64,000 bases of DNA from Callorhinchus milii (taxonomy: Eukaryota), in NCBI RefSeq assembly GCF_018977255.1, contig NW_024704742.1, positions 103,666,001 to 103,730,000 on the forward strand, written 5' to 3'. Shown piece by piece: positions 12,441 through 24,305 of the stretch; position 1 is the first letter of the stretch; the number at the start of each line of letters is the position of its first letter. The position numbers and the translations under genes were made by a program. The notes under the pieces are model-generated. The model did not search any database, was not told where the DNA came from, and saw nothing but the letters and a program-made list of their open reading frames with translations.

Positions 12441-12884
12441 AGTAAAGATCCTCATCCTCACCTACAAGGCCATTCACAGCATTGCTCCCTCCTACCTCTC
12501 TGACCTACTATCCCCCTATCTAACTGCCCGTACCCTCCGTTCCTCCGGCTCCGGTCTGCTCCACATCCCCCGCCCCAACCGCCCTACCATCAGTGGCCGG
12601 GCCTTCAGCCTCTCAGTCCCGAGGCTCTGGAACTCTATCCCCCAGTGCCTTCGCCGCCTCCTCCCTTTCCTCCTTCAAGGCCGGTCTCTAGACCTTTCTC
12701 TTTGACCGTGCCTTCAGCTCCCCTCTCGACTCTCTACCCCCTCCTCACTCCCTCCCTTCCCTCCCCTCACCCTGACCATTTCCCCCCTTGCTCGGGCCCT
12801 GACCCACTGTACAGCGCCTTGGGACGTCCTCCCAACGTGAAAGGCGGTCTTTAAATGGAATCTAGTTGTTGTTGTTGTTGTTGT
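12441..12884 (+). mobile_element. L2 LINE 3' fragment (tail type A)
   Basis: KILILTYKAIHSIAPSYLSDLL..RTLRSSGSGLL..GRAFS...PRLWNSIP (L2 ORF2 C-terminus); stem-loop tail and (GTT)n. Confidence 0.9.
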
Positions 12885-13692
12885 AAAGCTGTGTGAGATA
12901 TCCCCTGACAATAAAGGCACTATTATACTAAGTTTCTATTTTGGATTGCATTTGACCCTTATTCTGTTGGAGCATAATGGAAGCAATGTCGAACTTTATT
13001 TAATCAATAGATCTATTGTACCTTTTTGGAGAATACAGCATTTCCAAAATGCTTTATTTCCTGCTCCAGCCTCAGATCTGACATAAGGTCTTGCCTTTGG
13101 CATTCTAGTTGTGCACCAGCATGCTTCTTGGAATTGAACACAAGATGTTTTGTCTGCCAAGGAAGCTAAAGACACATGAATTCTCCTGATGTATCTTTCT
13201 GCTGGAATCTAATCTCTCACCTTCTGTCCTTAACACCAATTAATAGTGGGCTCAGACCTCTCCTTCCTTTGATCTCAGGAATAACAAGGGCTATTTTGAG
13301 CACAGATTTTCAGGCACTTTTCAACGAACAACATCGCTGTAAAAAAAAATTAGCGAAATTTGAATGGTTAAATGAGGTATTACAGTGACATTGTGTGGAT
13401 TCTAATGGTAGGTAATTACAGTGAGGTTGTGATACAATGATGCCTTCCAACTTGATCTACATTGAGAGTAAAATCACACAAGCAATAGCATAAAAGGATG
13501 CTCTTATCACAGTGAGAACCCTATCTCTTTCAGGTATTGAGAGAAAAGAGATGTTTCTTCAGAGTGTGGGAAGCATCCAAAAATGAATGAATTACACCTC
13601 TTCTTTCGCTCTCCATGCCATTTGGGAGCAGGAAGACAATATGACAAATAGATGAACTACCAACATGGCAAATGCCAGATGCAAGGATTTTT

Positions 13693-13826
13693 GTGTCAGT
13701 CTGGCTCATTTGGTAGCACTCTCTTCTCTGAGTCAGAATGTTGTGGCTTCAAGCCCTACAATTGGGACTTGGAATTAAAATAGTCTATCTGATACTCCAC
13801 TTTGTGTGCTGCAACTGCATCGTTGG
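13693..13826 (+). mobile_element. DeuSINE family B 5' head
   Basis: gtgtcagtctggctcatttggtagcactctcttctctgagtcagaatgttgtggcttcaagccc. Confidence 0.75.
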
Positions 13827-16273
13827 TCCCCTTCGCTTCAGTCTACAAAATGTCCGCTCCTTCTCCAACAAAACACTCACCATCCAAGACCTCACTTTCA
13901 ATGAAAACATCGACATTCTCTCTCATTAAAACTTGGATCATTCCAGGTGACACCTTCACCCTGATAGAGGCCACACCACCCAGCTACACCTTCCATCACA
14001 CCCCTCAACGTAACCGTGGTGCTGGCAGTGTGGCTCTCATCTCCCGGTCCCCGCTCAGCCTATCCCTCTGGAATCTTCCCCTCCTTTGAGCACCTTAGCC
14101 TTTATTACGCCTCCAACCTTTCCTTCAAAATTCTCCTTATCTATCGCTCCAACCCCAAGCCCTCCCCCACCTTCATCCCCGACATCTCCACCCTCCTATC
14201 TTCCCTCTCACTCTGCTCCGAACGCCTCCTCATCCTAGGCAACTTCAACCTTCACTTCACCCCCTCCTGCTCTACTCTGCTGACTTCTCTTGCCTTATCT
14301 CCTCCCTCAACCTCTCCCTCCACATCCGCTCCGCCACCCACATCCGCGGTCACCACCTCAACCTGGTGATCACTTGGGGCCTCACCGTCTCCCTCTCGGC
14401 TGCCTTGGAGTCACCTGAACTCCTTCCCCTCTGGGCTTCCTCCCGCAATGACATATCCTTCTCGATCACTCTTCTCCACAGCTCCCTCTCCTCCACTCTC
14501 AATTCCCTTGCTCCCCTCTCTTCCTGAACCGTCTCCTACTCACGGAAGTCACCATGGTACACCAGCCACCTCTGCTCCCTTAAAGCACAGATGCATATCA
14601 CTGAACACATCTGGCTTAAATCAAACTTAACGGTCCATCAGCAGATCTGACTGGACCTTATCAAATCTTACCACTCCACCCTCGCCTGCGCTAAATTGTC
14701 ATTCCAATCCAAGACAATCTTGGAGGCCAAGTCAACTACAGGCTCCTCTTCTCCATCACCAACCGGCTCATCCACCCACTCTCTCATGCCTCGCCCATCC
14801 TCACCTCAAATGCCAACTGCGAGGTGATGCTGGACTTCCTCGAATCCAACATTGAAGGGATCCGCTCAGCTGCCTCTGCCCTTCCGTCTGCTACACCTTC
14901 CCCATCTCCCCCTCCCACCCCGGCCCCTACCCATCCCTCCCTCCACATCTTCGACCCTGTCTCCCACTTCTCCCTCACCACCACTATAACCCGCATGAAA
15001 CTGACCCTGCTCCCTCGACCCCATCCCTACCCCTTTCCTTATCTCCCAGCTCCACCTCCTTGCCCCTCTACTCACAGACATGATAAACCTCTCCCTGTCT
15101 ACTAGTACTCTTCCCACCCCATTAAAATCAGCCTTCATCACTACTATCCTTATAAAATCTTCCTTGAACCCATCTCTATTCTCAAAACACTGCCCCATCT
15201 CCAACCTCCATTTCCTCTTCAAAGTCTTGGAATGAGTTGTTTCTTCCCAGCTTCGCTCCTTCCTCTCCCGCCACTTCCTTCACGAACTGCTCCAATTGGT
15301 TTTCTATGCCATCCACAGCACAGAAACAACCCTGGCCAAAATGACAAATGACATTCTGTCCATCTGTGACCAAGGCTCCCTCTACCTTTTCGTCCTCCTT
15401 GACCTCTCTGCTGCCTTCGACACCATCGACCACCATCTATCCTCATCCACCACCTCTCCTCTCACCTCAACCTTCATGGCGTTGTCCTTGACTGGTTCAG
15501 ATCGTACCTCTGACACCTCCTCCACTTCATCTCCACAAACGGCTTCTCCTCTAGCCCCCGGACAGTCTCGTGCTGCGTTCCTCAGGGCTCTGTCCTTGGT
15601 CCCCTCCTCTTCAATATCTATATGCTCCCTCGTGGTGACATCATCTGCAAACATGGGGTCAACTTCCACATGTATGCGGATGACACTCAACTCTCATCTC
15701 TCTGCCTCCACCCTTGACTCCAGCACCACTGCTAACCTGACATAATGTTTGTCAGACATCAAGTCTTCATCAGACATCAGATGAGAGCTAACTTTCTTCA
15801 GTTGAACATCAACAAGACCGAGGCTCTCCTGATTGGCTCCCATCAGCGCATCCACACGTCAGACACTGACAGCATCACCATTCATGGATGCACACTCCAC
15901 CTTGCTAAGCCAGTCCGGAACCTTGGCATCTTGTTTGACACTTATCTATCCTTTCTACCCTACATCTGTGCCATGACCCACTCTGCCTTCACCCACCTCC
16001 CCAACATTGCCCGGCTCCACCACTGTCTCGCACAGCAGGCTGCTGAAACACTCATACACGCTTTCATTACATCGAGACTTGACTATGCAAACTCCTTGCT
16101 TGTCGGACTCCCCAACTCCTCCCTCCATAGGCTGCAGATCATCCAGAACTCTGCAGCCCGTGTCCTCTCTCGCACCAGGCTCCGTGACCTTATCACCCCC
16201 ATCCTCCCCTGACTCCACTGGCTTCCCATCATACAAAGGATACAATTTGAGATCCTGGTCCTCACATTCAAAG
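13827..16273 (+). mobile_element. Degraded L2 LINE ORF2 (APE endonuclease + reverse transcriptase), frameshifted, 3' end missing
   Basis: Endonuclease-like LQNVRSFSNK..IQDL..ENIDIL and LLILGNFNLH. RT motifs [67 protein letters not shown] and LIHAFITSRLDYANSLLVGLP, spread over several frames. Confidence 0.95.
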
Positions 16274-16679
16274 CAAATTGGCTGCCATGTTCACTCACAA
16301 AATACAGTCTTTGCACTTTACAGACTTGGGACGTCCTCCTGATGTTATATACCAAAAGTAAGGTTTATTATTATTATAAATGAAAATTATAGTGAAATAA
16401 TATTTCCCAGTTTTGAAATATCTGTTTCCGTTGCAAAAACGATTATTTTATATGATTACAAACTAAAAATATATTAATACTGGCTAATTTTTAACATTTA
16501 GACTGGAAATAGTTCCATGAATCTTAATTTCTGAGACAGATTTCAGTTGCTATATTAAAATCCCCCATTACAACCATTACAATTAACCCTAATGTTAATT
16601 TTGTATACAGAAAAAATATACGCATAAATGTAAGCATTACCTACCCTTCTTGAAACTATGCTGACTGTCCTTTGTCCAC

Positions 16680-16960
16680 ATTAGGACATGGGCTCAAAAT
16701 CTTGGCTTACTCTTCAGTACAGTATTGGGAGAGCACTGCATTGTCTGAGATCCTGTCCTTTGGATGAAACATTAAACTAAGGTATTATCTGCCTATTCAG
16801 GTGGACATTGAAGATCCCATGACACCATTGGAAAAGTCAAACTAGTTTCCTCCAATGCCTTGTCAAACCTTATCCAGATAAATTAGTCATTAATTTCATT
16901 ACCTTTAGTGGGAGGTAGGTGTGCATAAATTAGTTGCTTTGACTCACAGTTACACGGTCA
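16680..16960 (+). mobile_element. Older DeuSINE (family B), degraded
   Basis: cagtacagtattgggagagcactgcattgtc...caggtggacattgaagatcccatgacacc. Confidence 0.7.
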
Positions 16961-17574
16961 TTAAACTTTCCAGCCATTACCTTTGTAATAATTCACAGCG
17001 AGACATTTTGTTATTACAATGCACTTTTTCAAATCAAACAAAACGATTTTTTAATAACTCAAACTTTGAAAGTTTTCACCATTAACAGACAGGAAAGGTT
17101 AATAGCACATTAATCATAACAGAGTAGCCAAACTTAGAATCTTTTCAGGTGAGGTTAATAAGTGTTGTTCCCATACGGACAGCATTCATATAGAATTTAC
17201 CTTTCCTGCACTGCTTGCTATCCCTCACATACCACTGCATTAGTGTTAATGGATGCAGATCTCTTAAGCCCACAAGATATTTATCAGCATTCACCTTTAG
17301 ATGAGAGCGGAACCTCAGTCCCTGTGCTGGCGACAGTGATAGATGGAATTGTGTTCTTCTGGGATGCTTTGCTCTTCCTCTGAGTGAAAAGTCAGCAAAT
17401 GTTTGATAGTGTCGTCTAGGACTTTTCCATTTTATTCCAACTTCCCAATCAAAGGACTTATAAATTTGCTCTATCTGCTTCAATAATAACTAAACTAATG
17501 CTCCTATCATTTAGGGTAATAATTGTAATAATTATCCTTGCATCTGATGTATTCCTATAAAAACAAGAATAACC

Positions 17575-17862
17575 ACAGCTTACATTTATATAACGGCCTG
17601 TCTTAGAGGATTGCACAGTGTCGGGGGTTAGATGCCAAGCAAGGGAGAAGAGGGAGGGGGTTATCACTATTAGCACGATCGAAGAGGTAGGTTTTAAGGT
17701 GGGATTTAAAGATAAAAAAGAGGCAAGGCAGAGGTATTAAGGCAGGGAGTTCCAGAGGGTAGAGGTATAGTGGCCGAAAGCACAGCCTCCAATGAAGGGT
17801 TTGGGGAACGTGCAGCAAGCCTGTGTAAGCTAAGCGAAGTGGGTGGGTTGAGGAGTGGGCAC
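17575..17862 (-). mobile_element. L2 LINE 3' fragment, degraded
   Basis: Minus-strand translation includes FKSHLKTYLFDRA. Confidence 0.75.
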
Positions 17863-17869
17863 AAGCATA

Positions 17870-18165
17870 ACTTTGAAACATGTCAAAGCACTTCATAGGT
17901 ACATGGTACCAAGTGTATTATTGGCCATGTGTCTGTAGCTTATTTGTGCAGTCATATCCAACATATAGTCATAAGTAAATAATCAATTTATCTGGAGGAT
18001 TGTTAGGACAACAAGAAAGAGTCCCTTTCTCTTTTTGAATAATGTCATGGGATGTTTAAGGATCACCAGAACAAATAAATGGGACTTAGTTTACCAGCTG
18101 ACCTGAAAGACTGCAGCTTGGACAAAGCAGCACTCCCACAGCACTGTATTGGACAATCAGCCTTG
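17870..18165 (-). mobile_element. Older DeuSINE (family B), degraded
   Basis: ttttgaataatgtcatgggatgtttaag...gcagcactcccacagcactgtattgg. Confidence 0.65.
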
Positions 18166-18356
18166 TGTGTGAGATAAAATAAGCTAATGTTGTGTCATCA
18201 GTTTGCCCTTCAATTTAATGATAGTTGATTTTCACATAATATATATCTTGCCTTCCTTCTGTTCAATCATAAAATATTTCAATGCAAAACGACTGATAAA
18301 TGACCACAGACAATAATAAGGCACCACAACACAATGGAGAGGAAAGCAGAGTGATT

Positions 18357-18689
18357 GTGGAGTCCTGTAGCTCAGTGGTTAGAGCACTCACTTTGCAAGC
18401 GAGAGACCTGAGTTCAATTCCAGGCAGAGGGCGAAACCTTGGGCAAGTTTCCTTACTCCACACAGAGCCTAATAATAATCCCTCCAAAACCCAAAACAAT
18501 AATAAAATTGTTCATTTTCAATCTACGACTGTTTGTGGGACATTGTTGTGCGCAATTGGCTGCCGCGTTCGCCTACAAATATACAGTCAATTCACTTTAC
18601 AGTGTGTTCTGTGAAGCGCTTTGGGACGTCTAGAAGACGTGAAAAGCGCTATATCAAATGCAAGGATTATTATTATTATTATTATTATT
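18357..18689 (+). mobile_element. SINE family A, young full-length short form
   Basis: gtggagtcctgtagctcagtggttagagcactcactttgcaagcgag...(TTA)n; nearly identical to the copies at 22751, 35703 and 48368. Confidence 0.95.
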
Positions 18690-19721
18690 CTCTGAGATAG
18701 GACACAGAGAGCATTTACTCAGTAGTGAAAATAAGACATTGTAACCTACTGTGCCCGTATGGTGCACGTCAGGGCGCCATCCAAAAGCAGCAAGCGCACC
18801 TTATCATGGTGAGTGGGTGCCCACGGTGCGCACACAGGGGTGATTCCCGACTGTCTTAAAGGGAGCATTCCAAAAAAATGTGTGGATAACCTGTGTGCTG
18901 TGAATTTGTCCACACTCCCCACTAACAGGGGAGGGATAGGGAGAGGGGTACAAGACCCCATTCGGAACTCCACCCTGCAAAGAGCAGCAGAACCCTAAGG
19001 CAGGGAAGCCTTGGTCCCTTTACCAAAGTGGATTGCGTAGGGGCAACCCCCACCCTGAGCCCCCTCCCCTCCGCCACAAGAAGCCGGGTCTGTTGCGTTC
19101 AGAAACAGGATAATGACAAGTTGCGTCTTCTTTTCTGTAACGGGTTTAATACTGTCTGAGACCAGCGTAAACATATATCAACAAATAAATATATATATTT
19201 TGTTAAAAAAAAGTCATGTAGAATTGATTGGATAAATTATGTCAGCTTTGAAAATAAAAAGTTAACGGGAGAATTAAACTAGCCATATTGAGATCTCTCT
19301 ATAGTTCATTGATAGAATTTACGAGATACAGTAGAGTGAACATTAAGTTATTTGTAATTTGGTAATAAAAAATATATTTTACTCAATACTTTGCAATAGA
19401 TTTTAATGCTGTTGTTTGAACATTCTGATCTTATTTCTACATTTCTACACATATATTGGCTGCTTCCTTCTTTTTGTTGAATTATGAGAAAAAATTGATG
19501 AGCTTGTGTGGCAGGAGGGTTAATGTCTCTTAGAGATATTCAACAAAAAGGGTATTCTACAAAAGTACTAAAAATAAAATGTAAAGTAATAATAATCCTT
19601 GCATTTGATATATTGCTGTATCGACATCGAAACGATTCAAAGCACTTCACAGTAATTGCTGTTAAGTGTGGAAACACCACCTGAAATACTATGTATTTGC
19701 AACTGTGTGTGTCCCCAGCGC

Positions 19722-20230
19722 CACCATTCACAAGATCCAGCTCATTCAAAACTCTGCCGCCCCATACTGACCCGAACCAAACTCCGTACCCACATCTCAC
19801 CAGTTCTGGCCAGGCTCCACTGGTTCCCCACCACCGAACAGATTGACTTCAAGATCCTCACTCTCGTGTTCAAATCCCTTCACTCTCTGGCACCTCCCTA
19901 CCCCTCCGACCTCCTCACTCCCCAATCCACCACCCAGCGCCTCCACTGACTGGTACCGGCCTCCTGCTCGTCCCTTGCACCGTCCGCCCCACCATCGGAG
20001 GTCGTGCTTTCAGCCACTATGCCCCGAAACTCTGGAACATTCTCCCTCAATCCCTCCGCTTTGCCCCTCATCCCCTCTTTCAAGTCCCGCCTGAAAACTT
20101 TCCTGTTCGACCGTGCTTACGGCTGCCTCCCCCCTCCCCCCCACTCGGAGTCTGGCTCCACCACTGTTAAGCACTCTGAGATGCTACCCTGCGTGGAGTG
20201 TGCTATATAAATGCAAGTTGTTGATGTTAT
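19722..20230 (+). mobile_element. L2 LINE 3' fragment (tail type B)
   Basis: HISPVLARLHWFP..QIDFKILTLVFKSLHSLAPPY; FKSRLKTFLFDRAY; tail agcactctgagatgctaccctgcgtggagtgtgct. Confidence 0.9.
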
Positions 20231-20829
20231 TGTACTTGCAGGAGAAGGATGATACATGTTTACAGTGATTTAGAGGAAAATAAAGTTAGCCTGTGATTCC
20301 TTTCTCTCTGTATCACTTGCTAAACTGGAAACAGAGGGAGGGGCTCAGCTTCTGGCATTTTGAGGCTGGTCCAAAATTGTTATTAATTCAGCCAATTGAA
20401 GTTTAATTGGAAATCTAACATCTCTGAGCTCTATGAAGGAGGAAGGTGGATCTGAGTGTGTGGACTACTTTGCCTGTTGCACACAACCGTTTTGCACATG
20501 GCCTATTGAGTAATCATCCTAATTTCAGATGTTCCCCACATTCTGAAACAAATTCCCAAATACAAACAAACAAGAGTGGTTAACATGCATTACATACAAC
20601 CGCAGGGACTTCCTGTAGAGATAATGCTTCCCACACAGGCTGGGTGCTCTTACTAAAACTGTTCTGGCTGATTTTATTTAATATTTGTTGTAATTGAGAT
20701 TTTAATTGAATTTTGACAAGACACATGAGTGAACAGGCATGCCAGAGGAAATTGTAGCTAACAAATCCAATCAGCGAGAACATAGAAAACAATCATCATT
20801 ATTGCTGGCACTGGATAGTGGTAAGGGGA

Positions 20830-21303
20830 ACACAACAAAATTACACTTGTATAGCGCTTCTCACATCGGGAGGAAGTCCCAAGGCGCTGGACAGACCGAG
20901 TTAGGGACCCGAGCTGAGGGTCGGGGTGGAGGAGGGGGGAGGGCAGGGGGGGGAAACAGGGAGATCGAAAGCACAAGCGAAGAGGAGGGTCTTGAGGTGG
21001 GTCTTGAAGATGGCAATGGAGGGGGTGAGATGGAGGGACTGCGGGATGGAGTTCCAGAGGGTGGAAGCAGAGTGGCGGAAGGCCCGCCTGCCAATAATGG
21101 GGCAAGCAAGGCAGGGGACGTGAAGCAGGCCGGAGCCCGCTGAGCAGAGGGAGCGAGCAGGATGGTGGGGGTTAGTAGGTCGGAGAGGTAGGGGGGAGCA
21201 AGACCATGGAGGGCTTTGAAGGTGAGGACCAGGATCTTGAACTGTATCCTCTGTGTGATGGGAAGCCAGTGGAGTTGGGCGAGGATCGGGGTGATAGGGT
21301 CCA
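20830..21303 (-). mobile_element. L2 LINE 3' fragment (type A)
   Basis: DPITPILAQLHWLPITQRIQFKILVLTFKALHGLAPPYLSDLL; FKTHLKTLLF. Confidence 0.92.
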
Positions 21304-21418
21304 TTCTCCAGACTGGCATCCTTCACTTTGAAAAGCGTATAAAAATTCACCCAACAAAGCAAAATAAAAACAACTTTCCTTTTTCAATGGAATCGGTTAA
21401 CATGTCAATAGTTGTGGA

Positions 21419-21877
21419 CAACAACAACAACAACTTGGATTTATCTAGCGCCCTCCACTCCGGACGGCATCTCAGAGCGCTTTACAGTGACGGATCCTGG
21501 GGCCGAGCCAGGGGGAGGGGGAAGAAGGTGACCAAAGGCGCGGTCGAAAAGAAAGGTCTTCAGCCGAGACCTGAAAATAGGAAGAGAGGGGGCGAGGCGA
21601 AGGGAGTGAGGAAGGGAGTTCCAGAGCCTCGGGGCGTAGTGGCTAAAGGCACGGCCGCCGATGGTGGAGCGGAGGATTCGGGGGACAAAGAGGAGGCCAG
21701 ACCCGGTGGAGCGAAGGCGACGGACACTGTTGTGAGGAGAGAGGAGGTCAGAGAGGTAGGGGGTTGCAGAGGAGTGGAGGGATTTGAAGACAAGAGTGAG
21801 GATCTTGAAGTCGATCCTCTCTGGGACAGACAGCCAGTGCAGTCTGGCAAGGACTGGGATAATCGGGGAGCGGACAA
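21419..21877 (-). mobile_element. L2 LINE 3' fragment (type B), young, frame intact
   Basis: ORF 21441-21908(-): IIPVLARLHWLSVPERIDFKIL..GGRAFSHYAPRLWNSLP..FRSRLKTFLFDRAF; CpGs retained. Confidence 0.93.
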
Positions 21878-22595
21878 ATGTTTTCAGCAAAAAGGCCAGA
21901 TAAATCAATGTCTTTTCAATAAATTAACCTTTATTCCAGGTCTCCAGGAAAGCATCATTTACAAGTAGTTTGTAAGCAGACATATTTGATTTTCACCATT
22001 GTACCTGCTTACTAACCATGAGAAATATAATAGTTCAACTTCCTCTGTCAATGTAATAGTCATAGATTACTCTTAGTAACTAAGTTACTCTTAATGATGA
22101 CACAAGAGGGATAGGAGTCATCAGACAAGAAAAGGCCATCACAATCCATCTGGCCAATCTGGCCAAGTTTAAAAAATACCGCATGATACACTGTCTTTTG
22201 TATCCTTCAGCTGCCTATTTGCCAAAATTTACTCAGCGCCATCTTGACTTTGCCGATAATGTCTGCCTGCACTGGGTGAACCGCGCCGTATATTCACGAC
22301 CCTAAAATGCTTTTGATGGTAATAAAAAAAATCTATTTACAGTTTCAGGCAGTATACAGAAGCTCTAAAAGTGTGTCTGTGAGTTGTAAAATATATTCAT
22401 CTTTAGTCCCATACACCACTCTGATCTCGTCAATTCCAGTTTCCCAAATAATGTAAAGTACTCAAACCTGAACTGCCTATCACATTCCCCTTTCTGAGCT
22501 TGGTTTTGTGCTCTTGTGTTTTTGTATGTGTGTGTGTGGGTTGCATGATTGCATGAACACATCCACATAACTAATAATACGGCTATAACTATTAC

Positions 22596-23117
22596 GTGGA
22601 GTCCTGCAGCTCAATGGTTAAAGCACTCAAGAAAAAAAATAATAAAATTGGTCACTTCAATCCATGACTGTTTTGTGGGACACAATTGGCTGCCCACAAA
22701 TATACACTTTACAGTATATTATGTGAAGCGCTTTGAGAGGTCTAGAAGATAATAATAATAATAATAATCCTTGCATTTGATATAGCGCTTTTCACGTCGG
22801 GAGGACGTCCCAAAGCGCTTCACAGAATAGACTGTAAAGTGAATTGACTGTATATTTGTGGGCGAACAGGGCAGCCAATTGCGCACAGCAATGTCCCACA
22901 AACAGTCGTAGATTGAAAATGACCAATTTATTATTGTTTTGGATTTTGGAGGGATTATTATTAGGCTCTGTGTGGAGTAAGGAAACTTGCCCAAGGTTTC
23001 GCCCTGTCTGGAATTGAACTCAGGTCTCTCACTTGCAAAGCGAGTGCTCTAACCACTGAGCTACAGGACTCCACAAGATGTGAAAAGCGCTATATCAAAT
23101 GCAAGGATTATTATTAT
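22596..23117 (+). mobile_element. SINE family A (internally deleted) interrupted by a younger antisense SINE
   Basis: Head at 22596; the tail is split at ...tctagaagat (22750) and resumes at aagatgtgaaaagcgct (23075). Confidence 0.85.
22751..23074 (-). mobile_element. SINE family A, young full-length, TSD AAGAT
   Basis: Reverse complement of the 18357-type copy; aagat at 22746-22750 and 23075-23079. Confidence 0.93.
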
Positions 23118-23544
23118 AAATATAGAAAATACTTTTTACGGTAATAAAAAAATCTATTTACAGTTTCAGGCAGTATACAGAAGCTCTAAAAATGTGCTGT
23201 GAGCTGTAAAATATATTTATTTTTAGTCCAATACACACTGATCTTGTCAGTCCCAGTTTCTCAAGCAATGCTAATTCCTTGGGACTGATTTTGTCAACAC
23301 CAGTCTCATTGACTGGTTTCTTATCTGTGCTGACCTGTGATCTTGCAGATATTTAAATAACATTAGATTAAAGAAGCTAGTAGCATTTAAGGGGCTGAAA
23401 GGGAATGTAAGCAGAGGAATTGTGAGAAAACAATCGGGATAAAAAAACACCAAATGCAATTAGTCAGAGAAGCCTTCAGGTTAGAATCTAGTTACAAATA
23501 GACAAGGAGGAATCGCTGATGACAAAATGTCTGGTGCTTGAACT

Positions 23545-24305
23545 TTATGTATTCACATCCAGAGGACATCCCAAAGCGCTGAACTGTTGGGGATCAGGAC
23601 CCAAGGTGGGGGGAGCAGGGTTGGGATGAGGGAGGGCAGAGAGGTAAGAGGGCAGCTGAAGGCACGGTCGAAAAGGAGGGTCTTGAGTTGTGCCTTGAAG
23701 GAGACAAGGGAGGGAGCAAGGCAAAGGGAATGTGGGATGGAGTTCCAAAGGGTGGCGGCAGAGAGGCTGGAAGACCAGCTGCTGATGGTAGGGCTGGTCG
23801 GGTGGAAGACCTGGAGCAGGCCAGAGCCTACTGAGCAGAAGGAATGGACAGGTTGATAGGTCAGCAGGTCAGAGAGGTAGGAGGGGCAAAGCCAGGGAGG
23901 GCCTTGAAAGTGAGGACGAGGATTTTGAATTCTATCCTCTGAGGGATGGGGAGCCAGTGGAGCCGGGCAAGGGTGGGGTTGATGGGGTCACGGAGCCTGG
24001 TGCGGGAGAGGACATGAGCTGCAGAGTTCTGGATGATCTGCAGATTGTGGATGGAAGAGTTGGGGAGGGCGACAAACAGGGAGTTTGCAGACGAGCCTTA
24101 AGGTGACGAATGCATGTATGAGGATTTCGGCAACTTGAGGGGTGAGGCAGTGGCAGGCAGGCAATGTTGTGGAGGTGGGGGAAGGCAGAGCGGGTCATGG
24201 CACTGATATAGGGGAGAAAGGACAGTTGTGGGTCAAACAAGATGCCCAGGTTCCTGACTGGCTTGGTGAGGTTGAGTGTGCATCCATGGATGCTGATGCT
24301 GCCAG
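23545..24305 (-). mobile_element. L2 LINE 3' fragment
   Basis: FDPQLSFLPYISAMTRSAFPHLHNIACL; homologous to 15900-16270. Confidence 0.9.

Noticed and set aside
17145..17483. 112-aa minus-strand ORF in unique sequence with possible splice signals (~17296-17380)
   Set aside because: No recognisable domain, weak splice sites and no supporting neighbouring exons.
18357..18430. tRNA-Ala(TGC)-like sequence with A/B boxes and an anticodon arm (also at 35703, 48368 and 53179)
   Set aside because: The acceptor and T stems are incomplete and the sequence always continues into a SINE body, so these are SINE heads rather than tRNA genes.
18880..18915. TGTGGATAA (bacterial DnaA-box-like) pair
   Set aside because: Vertebrate context and only a chance-level match; no bacterial features nearby.
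21216..21968. Longest ORF in the track (250 aa, + strand)
   Set aside because: It is antisense read-through of two adjacent L2 3' fragments and the spacer between them; not a gene.
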